From contig OZ220732.1 in the NCBI GenBank assembly GCA_965116905.1, forward strand, positions 3,808,001 to 3,872,000: 64,000 nt of DNA, read 5' to 3'. The translations under genes were made by a program, and so were the position numbers. Positions 48,535 to 55,691 of this stretch are shown piece after piece (within the stretch, counting starts at the first letter, position 1; every line of letters begins with the position of its first letter). The notes below the pieces were generated by a model that was not told the origin of the DNA, ran no database searches, and saw only the letters and a list, made by a program, of their open reading frames with translations. Source of the DNA: Longimicrobiales bacterium. Its GTDB lineage: Bacteria > Gemmatimonadota > Gemmatimonadetes > Longimicrobiales > Gaopeijiaceae.

Positions 48535-51500
48535 CTACATCCCGATGTGCAGGTAGGTCCGAATCTCCCACTCGCGTCCGTTCTCGCCGCCGAGGTCGGG
48601 GTTGCACTCCATCCTCCCGAAGTCATCGGGCGAGAGCCCCGGACAGTAGCGGGGCGAGAACTCGTTGAGGGTGCGCATCGCAGCCCGTACGCCGAAACGG
48701 GTCTGCGGCATGTCGAACCACTCGGGAGGACCGAGGGTGTACGAGACGTCGCCCACCAGCTGCAGCGGGAAGGTGTGGTTGAAGTCGCGGTGGTAGTCGT
48801 ACGGGCCCCAGTCGTTGATCCGCGCCATCGACTGGAACTTGATCGAGCCGGCGATCAGACGCAGGTCCAGCCCGGCCCGGTTGATCACGCGCTCGTCGCT
48901 GCCGTTGGGTTCTCCCTTGCCCACGAAGACGTTGGCGACAACCCCTGCCGCGGCCGAGCGCTTCGAGACGATCCGCGCCTTGACCTCCCACAGGTCGCGC
49001 GCAGGAGGTGCACCGGGGAACGCGAAGGTCGAGCGGCCGTCGGCGAAGATTCCGATCCCGGCGTCCTGGGTGGTGGGGAAGCTGTAGTACACGAAGCCGA
49101 ACGAGGTCGCGAAGCGCGCGTCCTCGCGAATGTCGCTGTCCCAGGTGTACATCCAGGTGGCGGGGGTCGGGTCGTAGGTGAAGAGGATTTCGGCCGCGCG
49201 GGTCTCGCGGTTGCCCCGGACGGCAAAGGGGTCGTCCAGGATGTTGCGGGGACGTCCCGGGGCCGGGGCATCGGCCGGCACCGGACCCACCAGAGGTTTC
49301 CGCCACAGGAAGTTCGGCGCGACCTGCCAGTTGCCCGAGGTGATCGCGAACCCGGTGATGACGTTGCGCTGGTTGCCGTGCCCCGTGTCCTTCAGCGTCC
49401 ACCCGGTGAAAGTCTGAGTCTGGGTGAAGCCGCCGTCGGCCACGAGGCCCATCGCCGCACCCTGCAGATACCAGCTCAGCCGCCCCCGGGTGAGCGTGAT
49501 CCTGGCCTTCGCCCCCAGTGCGTCCGACGGCTTGATCTCGTCGTGGAGCACCCGGTAGCTGCCGGGCGATCCGTCGACGACCTGGAAGGGCTGCCCTTCC
49601 TTGGTGCTCCCCGACCAGATGCCGCCGACATCGACGATCATGTTGCCGCGGGTCGCGGTCATGTGCAGGGTCGCCTTGCGCGTCGGCGGGAGCGGAATGG
49701 CGAACGAGCTGGCCGCCTTCCCCGCCGCGGCCAGGTCTTCCTGGTAGATGGCCGTCGTCTCGAAGGGCCCGATATTCGTCTGGTACTTGGCCAGGATCGC
49801 CGGGTTGGCTCCCCACCAGAGCTCCGGGCCAATCGCCACCTTCCACCCGCTGAAGGAGCGCTTGCCGGTGATCTCCATCCCGACCGGCGCAACCCCGTTG
49901 TAGATGTCCATGTTGGGCCCGTAGTTGGCCTCCGGGTACAGCCCGAAGAAGTCGCCCTCGTAGCCCCAGTGGTAGTGGCCGGTGCGGTAGAAGCCCTCGA
50001 GGTTGAACCAGCGGTCGTCCCACGAAAAGCTGGCGTTGTAGACCTTGAGCCGCTCGATGTCCTGGAGCTGGAAGGTCTCGCCGTTGTCGGCCTCGATGAC
50101 GCGCGAGCGGCCCCTGTTCTCGTAGAAGAGTTCGTCGATCGGATTCTGGGGAACGTCGCCGAGGATGTTCAGAGAGACGTTCGCGACCATGCTCTGGACG
50201 GGCCTGGCGGCCATGTCCGCATAGAACGACTGCATCTTGTCGAAGCCCCGGTGACTGGGGAAGGAGCGGTTCCGTTCCGGAGCCTCCTCGGGCGTGCTCA
50301 CCAGGCGGCCGCCGGTGCTGAAGGTCTCGAGTTCCGCCCGGATTCCACTCAGGTGAACGCGGTCGCGCGCGGTGGCCAGCAGGGCGGCGCGGTCGCCCAG
50401 GGCCTGCAGGGCGACGTTGGCTGGCTGGATCGAGGCGAAGTGCTGCCGGATGGCCGCAACATCCGTTCCCGGCCCGTACGGATCGAGCCTGTACGCTTCC
50501 TGCAGCGCGTAGTAGGCGGCGCGCGGGTAGAGTTCGTAGAGGTTGTTGTGGTCGGTGGGGCCCTTGGCGACGATCCCCCACCACTCCTCGTTCATGTTGT
50601 TGTCGCCCTCGACGAAGTCCTCCGGATAGGCGTCGTTCGCCCACGAGGCGTTGGTGTCCTGGATGTCCAGCCGGTCCTCCTGGCCGAACTTCCACCACCC
50701 GTCGGTCCACTGGAAGGTGAGACCCCCGATCGAGTTGCCCACGCCCCCCTTCCCGGCGGATTCCTCGTAGATCTCGCGCCACTGCTCGATCAGGTACTTC
50801 GCCTGCGTGACCTGGTCCTCGCGCATGTTCTTCGCGTCCCAGACATCCGCGCCGAACTCGGTGAACATGACGGGGCGGTCGAGCTTGTCGTGCACCTCCT
50901 GGAAGAGGTCCCTGAAGGAGATGCCGCGGTAGACGTTGGTGCCGAAGACGTCCAGGTCGGGGATCTCCTCGGCGATGATGTCGATGTACTGGAGGTCGCC
51001 GTTGGCCATCGCGATCGGGCGCGTGTCGTCCATCTCCTTGATGCGGGCAGCCACATCGCCGAAGAGCGAGTACATGTAGCGCGCGCGCACGGCGTCCGCC
51101 TCGCCTGCGGGCAAGTCCTCGGTCTCGGCCGAACTCCACACCAGTCCGTAGTTGTTCTCGTTGCCCAGCAGCCACATCAGGACGCCGGGAGTGTCCTTGA
51201 AGGCGCTGACCATCTCCTCGATCTCGCCCATCACCACCGCGCGGGCCCGCGGATCCGAGTAGTCCGTGTTGGGGTTGAAGACGCCGCCCACGGTCACGCC
51301 GTAGCGCGCGACCGCGTGGTTCAGGACCGTGTAGATCCCGTACGTCTCGTAGATATGCCGCACCCACTTCGGCGTGATCCCCACATAGGCGCGGATCGCA
51401 TTCCCGCCCATCGCCTTCAGCAGCGACATCTCGCGTTCGAGCGCCGCCTCGATGATGTGGTCGGGCTCGGTCCAGAAGTTGTAGTTGTAGGTGGTGCCGC

Positions 51501-51795
51501 GCGGGAAGTAGTCCCAGTTGACGCCGAGCACCATGATGTCGTCGCCGTCCACCTGGAGACGGGTGCCCGAGTCGTCCGTGACGAGCTCGATGACCGGCAT
51601 GTCGGGCTCGGCGTCCTGCGCCGCACCGGGCGTGGCGGGTGCGAGCGCGAGAACGAGCGCCAGGGCGAGCGCCAGGGCGAGCGCCAGGGCGGAGGCAAGA
51701 GCCGGCGATTCCATCAAGCCGCGCGCGGTGAGCCGCCTCCCCGCGGCTGCGAGCCCGCTGGCGACTCGGGTGATCGGATGGCGGATCGAACTCAT
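48535..51795 (-). CDS. Clan GH-A (GH2-TIM-like) glycosidase fused to a large C-terminal beta-strand-rich (probable beta-barrel) domain
   Basis: Signal peptide; GVNWDY, NAIRAY, LGNENNY (acid/base) and FTEFGAD (nucleophile); C-terminal ~600 aa of amphipathic strands ending WEIRTYLHIGM; GGAGGAG RBS. Confidence 0.8.
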   Translation of the reverse strand: MSSIRHPITRVASGLAAAGRRLTARGLMESPALASALALALALALALVLALAPATPGAAQDAEPDMPVIELVTDDSGTRLQVDGDDIMVLGVNWDYFPRGTTYNYNFWTEPDHIIEAALEREMSLLKAMGGNAIRAYVGITPKWVRHIYETYGIYTVLNHAVARYGVTVGGVFNPNTDYSDPRARAVVMGEIEEMVSAFKDTPGVLMWLLGNENNYGLVWSSAETEDLPAGEADAVRARYMYSLFGDVAARIKEMDDTRPIAMANGDLQYIDIIAEEIPDLDVFGTNVYRGISFRDLFQEVHDKLDRPVMFTEFGADVWDAKNMREDQVTQAKYLIEQWREIYEESAGKGGVGNSIGGLTFQWTDGWWKFGQEDRLDIQDTNASWANDAYPEDFVEGDNNMNEEWWGIVAKGPTDHNNLYELYPRAAYYALQEAYRLDPYGPGTDVAAIRQHFASIQPANVALQALGDRAALLATARDRVHLSGIRAELETFSTGGRLVSTPEEAPERNRSFPSHRGFDKMQSFYADMAARPVQSMVANVSLNILGDVPQNPIDELFYENRGRSRVIEADNGETFQLQDIERLKVYNASFSWDDRWFNLEGFYRTGHYHWGYEGDFFGLYPEANYGPNMDIYNGVAPVGMEITGKRSFSGWKVAIGPELWWGANPAILAKYQTNIGPFETTAIYQEDLAAAGKAASSFAIPLPPTRKATLHMTATRGNMIVDVGGIWSGSTKEGQPFQVVDGSPGSYRVLHDEIKPSDALGAKARITLTRGRLSWYLQGAAMGLVADGGFTQTQTFTGWTLKDTGHGNQRNVITGFAITSGNWQVAPNFLWRKPLVGPVPADAPAPGRPRNILDDPFAVRGNRETRAAEILFTYDPTPATWMYTWDSDIREDARFATSFGFVYYSFPTTQDAGIGIFADGRSTFAFPGAPPARDLWEVKARIVSKRSAAAGVVANVFVGKGEPNGSDERVINRAGLDLRLIAGSIKFQSMARINDWGPYDYHRDFNHTFPLQLVGDVSYTLGPPEWFDMPQTRFGVRAAMRTLNEFSPRYCPGLSPDDFGRMECNPDLGGENGREWEIRTYLHIGM

Positions 51796-51826
51796 GGCTG
51801 CACTCCTCCCCGGCGGGCCCCGAATT

Positions 51827-51876
51827 ACTTTGTTCGGTTGCCGAACAAAGTGCGCGGCGGTTCGGGTCTCTGTCAA
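51827..51876 (-). promoter_or_regulatory. Second copy of the TTGACA-N18-CACTTT promoter plus 25-bp palindromic operator (51827-51851)
   Basis: Reverse complement reads TTGACA gagacccgaaccgccgcg CACTTTGTTCGGCAACCGAACAAAGT; the operator is identical to 40276-40300. Confidence 0.85.
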
Positions 51877-51940
51877 GAAGGGGGAGTTCAGAACGTCAAG
51901 TCCCGTTACTTGGAAAAATCGGTCTCGCCGTCGCGCCCAC

Positions 51941-53314
51941 TCAAGAGCGTGTTCGGCACATCGCCCCAGGCGGATGCCTGATCTGGGCTCTACCAGCCGC
52001 TGTGATGCGGAAACGCTGCTTCGGGCTGCGTGGCTTTTCGGGGGTCGTCATCTCTATCCAACCTGCGCCCAGGCACGGATCCAAGTACCGCTCCTTAAGG
52101 TTCCCCCGACTTCTGAGACCCAAGGCAGCAAGGATATCCTTTCGCGTCATCTCCCCGGACATCTCACGGAGCAGTCGCATGGGCAACTCCCCAGGGACGG
52201 GCCCGTCTGCCTGGGATACATAGCCGGGTTCCGAGACACTCTTGTGGTCGCTTTCCGTCGGCACACCCTCTCGGACGGCGGATACACCTGGACCGGCTTC
52301 GTGCTCGGAAGCGAAGAGCGGCAAATCGTCAGTCGGCTCGATGGGCCTCGAAACCGGTGATTCGTCGTAGCACAGGAGCGCTTGGAGTTCAGATGGATCC
52401 TTCGGCTCCGGCCAAGGACGAGCGTCCCGCTCAACCAGCGCATCAAGTCCCGCGCACGGCTCTCCACCACGCCGGACATATACCGGCACGTAACCAAGCT
52501 TGTCCAGCTGCTCGGTCGCCCCCGTCCAGGTGCCACCATGCCCATGATCCGATTTCACAACCAGCGCCGCGTCCGCCAGCGCATAGATCTGCTTGTTGCG
52601 TTCCATCGCCTGCCAACCCCGGAACCGGACTGCCGGATCGAAGGAAGAGACCATCACCAGGCGCCCGTCCATCAGGGGCTCTCGATTCCCTCGGTGCAGC
52701 GCCGCACGCTCCAGGCCATTCCCCAGTACGCCGACCGCGCGGCCACCCTCCTTCAAGGATCCTCGCATCGCAGCCTGATCGACGCCTCGGGCGCCGCCCG
52801 ACACGATCGGCACATCCGCCTCAGCTGCCAATTGCCCAATGCGCTCCGCGTAGTCAACGAGCTCATCGTTCACGTTTCTCGAGCCCACGACCGCGAGCCC
52901 GCCCTCGTCCAGGCAACCCCGTTCGCCGCAGCCGTACAGGACCGGTGGCGCCTTTCCCTTCATCTTCCTCTTCAGCCGACTTGGATAATCGTCATCGGCC
53001 CTCGTGACCACCCAGATCGCACGTGCACCCCAACGCTCCAGCGCATGAGCCACTAGAAAACCCCGGTCAAGCAGTCGATAAACATCTTCCAGGGTTCGCC
53101 TGATCCCCAACCTGGACCACGAGTTGTCCAGCTCCCTCAAACCTTCGGAATGAAGAAGATCCGCGGGCTGCATGTGGGCGTCGCGAAGGTGCCGCACCAG
53201 ACTGTTGTAGGCACCCAGGGGCAGGGGCTTCACGGAGGTCGGGGATCTGCCGACCAGGAGCGGCGCCGTCAGGAGAAGGATCGCCTGGCCGTTGGCACTG
53301 AGTCCGCCGTTCAT
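51941..53314 (-). CDS. DprA/Smf-domain protein (RqlI-like) with C-terminal winged-HTH
   Basis: YPSRLK..APPVLYGCG, LAVVGSR, IVSGGARGVD, AMERNKQIYALAD, GGTWTGA; C-terminal ILAALGL...RYLDPCL.AGWIEMTTPEKPRSPKQRFRIT. Confidence 0.85.
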   Translation of the reverse strand: MNGGLSANGQAILLLTAPLLVGRSPTSVKPLPLGAYNSLVRHLRDAHMQPADLLHSEGLRELDNSWSRLGIRRTLEDVYRLLDRGFLVAHALERWGARAIWVVTRADDDYPSRLKRKMKGKAPPVLYGCGERGCLDEGGLAVVGSRNVNDELVDYAERIGQLAAEADVPIVSGGARGVDQAAMRGSLKEGGRAVGVLGNGLERAALHRGNREPLMDGRLVMVSSFDPAVRFRGWQAMERNKQIYALADAALVVKSDHGHGGTWTGATEQLDKLGYVPVYVRRGGEPCAGLDALVERDARPWPEPKDPSELQALLCYDESPVSRPIEPTDDLPLFASEHEAGPGVSAVREGVPTESDHKSVSEPGYVSQADGPVPGELPMRLLREMSGEMTRKDILAALGLRSRGNLKERYLDPCLGAGWIEMTTPEKPRSPKQRFRITAAGRAQIRHPPGAMCRTRS

Positions 53315-55647
53315 CAGCTACGCCCTAAAGTCGAGAGTGCGAATGGCCAGACCGTGCCGCCACCGTTTTTGCGCAACAACCAAGCCCCGACCGTCAGGGT
53401 CCAGCGCGAACTGACTATGTCGTCCACGAGCAGCACCGGAGTTGGTCGAACGTGTGGAGCAGAGACCGCGACGGAGTCGTCGACGTTCCGGGCCTGTTGC
53501 ACGGTGTTCTCCATTTCCTTCTGCGGACGACGATCCTCGGTTTTGACGAGAACCGGACGAAACGGCAACTCGAGCTTTCTCGCCAGTCGCTCTGCGAAGT
53601 CGGGCACCAGGTTCGGATTCCGGCGTGATGGAATGCAGGTTACCCAGGTTGGCCGCGGATTCGGACCCCAGCGACTCACCAGCGAAGCGCTTGCGTCAAC
53701 GAGCTCGTCGGCGAATCGTCGGTCCTCCTGTTTACCGCGCTTTACCATCTCTCCCCATCCTCCGTCTCCCCACCGGCACAGTGCTCTTCCGGCTTCGGCT
53801 CGCAATTCCTCCGGAATCTGACCTTCAACGTCGTAGCCCGACAACCCGCCTGTTGGCCACCTCAACCTTGGTTGAATCGGCAGATCGAGGCGGCGCAGAA
53901 AGGCCAGAGCGTCGAGCTCGGTTTGCTGGCTGACCTCGGTTGGAAGCAGTGGCAGCCCCTGAGACCCAATCCCCTCTGGGTCACCGTCGAGTGCACGAAT
54001 CAGAAACTCCATGTGACCGCGTTCCAAGCGCACATACTCCTGCATCTGGCGCTGCTCGTCATAGCGCAGATCGGTCAGACGTTTCACTCGCTCCCAGAAC
54101 GTACTCCTCAGATCGGCAGCAGTCAGCTTCCAATTCGCACCATCCTTCACAATCGGAGGCGGCCGCTCCAGAGACAGCAGCTTCAGAGTAATCGCGATGC
54201 GACCGCTGGTCATGTTCACCTGGTGCTGAAGCCCGTACCGTGACAAACCGTCAGAAGTCGTCTCCAGCGCTCCGATCAGCTGTTTCACCTCTTGGGGCGT
54301 GGGAAACGAGCTAGTGATGAAGTAGTCGGTGATGTCGGTTTCCTCGTCGCCGCTCAACAGGACGCCATAGGCATTATCGAGCGCCCGGCCGGCACGACCC
54401 ACCTGTTGATAGTATGCCACCACGGACGCTGGTGTCTGGTAGTGGATGACAAAGCCCAGGTCTGGCTTGTCGAAACCCATCCCCAGAGCGACGGTGGCGA
54501 CGAGGGCTTTCACACGGTTGTCTAGCAGTTCCTGCTCAAGCTGTTCGCGTTCCTCTGGCTCCATTCGCCCGGTATATGCTTTGGCATCGATGCCTCGCGA
54601 CTGGAGCCAGTCCGCAACCTGTTCGGCATCGCCCACGGTCAGCGCGTAGATGATTCCGTGACCGGGAATCCGAGGGAGTTGCTCGGCCAGCCACGCCAGC
54701 CGCTGGGCCTGCGGTGGCAGACGTATGGTCTGTAGGGTAAGCGACGGACGCGCCAGGGGCCCCCGCTGGACCCTTAGATCGCGTCCAAGCAACTCGTGCA
54801 GGTCGGCCATCACGCGGTTGGTGGCCGTGGCCGTAGTTGCCAGCAGTCGCATGTTCGCCGGCAGTGCCCGGGCCGCACGCTCTATGAGTTGATAGTCCGG
54901 CCGGAAGTCGTGTCCCCAGTCCGATATGCAGTGACATTCGTCGATCACAAGCAGGGAGATGCGGCCGGCAATCCCCGCAAGTACCTGGTCTCGAAAGCGC
55001 TCATTGGCAAACCGTTCCGGCGCGATGAGCAGGATGTCGACCTCGTCGCGGTCCAATCCGGCCTCGACCTCAGGCCACGCTTCCGTGTTGTCCGATGTAA
55101 TTCTGGCCGCACGGACTCCCATTCGCTCAGCGGCCAGAATCTGGTTGCGCATCAAGGACAGCAACGGCGAGACGAGCAGGGCCGGACCTCTCCCCGCTTC
55201 CCGAAGAAGCCTGGTCGCAATGAAATAGACGAAGCTTTTTCCCCACCCTGTCCTCTCCACAACCAGCAATCGGCCTCGGCCGTCTACCACATGGCGGATC
55301 GCCTCTTCCTGGCCGGGGCGGAAGCTGGCATCCGCAATGCCGGTGCCCCGCCGCAGGAGGTCGAGGGCTCGCAACGGACGGTAGGTCACCGGCTTGCTGC
55401 CAGCGATGCTACGGAGAGCTTGCTCAATGTCGCGAATGTCGTCGGATGACAATTCGCTGGGCAGCGCCTCGAGGTTGGGCCGGACGACCCGTTTCAGGAA
55501 GGTTGCGATCCTCGCCTCGGACGCGACCACCAGACGGACCCTGTCCTCCGGCACCGAGCCCTGCCAGCGGTCCGAATGAACGATCAGGCCCAGCGTACGA
55601 TGGCGACCCACCCAGTACTCGTGTCCGTCAATCTCTACCCCTTGCAT
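53314..55647 (-). CDS. RecQ-family helicase with C-terminal phosphoribosyltransferase-like domain (RqlH-like)
   Basis: FRPGQEEAI, RTGWGKS, DECHCISDWGHDFRPDY, ATTATA, ALGMGFDKPD, YYQQVGRAGR; C-terminal LLVDDIVSSRWTL. Confidence 0.9.
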   Translation of the reverse strand: MQGVEIDGHEYWVGRHRTLGLIVHSDRWQGSVPEDRVRLVVASEARIATFLKRVVRPNLEALPSELSSDDIRDIEQALRSIAGSKPVTYRPLRALDLLRRGTGIADASFRPGQEEAIRHVVDGRGRLLVVERTGWGKSFVYFIATRLLREAGRGPALLVSPLLSLMRNQILAAERMGVRAARITSDNTEAWPEVEAGLDRDEVDILLIAPERFANERFRDQVLAGIAGRISLLVIDECHCISDWGHDFRPDYQLIERAARALPANMRLLATTATATNRVMADLHELLGRDLRVQRGPLARPSLTLQTIRLPPQAQRLAWLAEQLPRIPGHGIIYALTVGDAEQVADWLQSRGIDAKAYTGRMEPEEREQLEQELLDNRVKALVATVALGMGFDKPDLGFVIHYQTPASVVAYYQQVGRAGRALDNAYGVLLSGDEETDITDYFITSSFPTPQEVKQLIGALETTSDGLSRYGLQHQVNMTSGRIAITLKLLSLERPPPIVKDGANWKLTAADLRSTFWERVKRLTDLRYDEQRQMQEYVRLERGHMEFLIRALDGDPEGIGSQGLPLLPTEVSQQTELDALAFLRRLDLPIQPRLRWPTGGLSGYDVEGQIPEELRAEAGRALCRWGDGGWGEMVKRGKQEDRRFADELVDASASLVSRWGPNPRPTWVTCIPSRRNPNLVPDFAERLARKLELPFRPVLVKTEDRRPQKEMENTVQQARNVDDSVAVSAPHVRPTPVLLVDDIVSSRWTLTVGAWLLRKNGGGTVWPFALSTLGRS

Positions 55648-55691
55648 CCAATTACTCCGAAGGGGAGAACCAGGTCGCTATCCCACACCCC

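Noticed and set aside
48547..51981. 1144-aa + strand ORF
   Set aside because: Antisense shadow of the glycosidase gene; no recognisable motifs; common in high-GC DNA.
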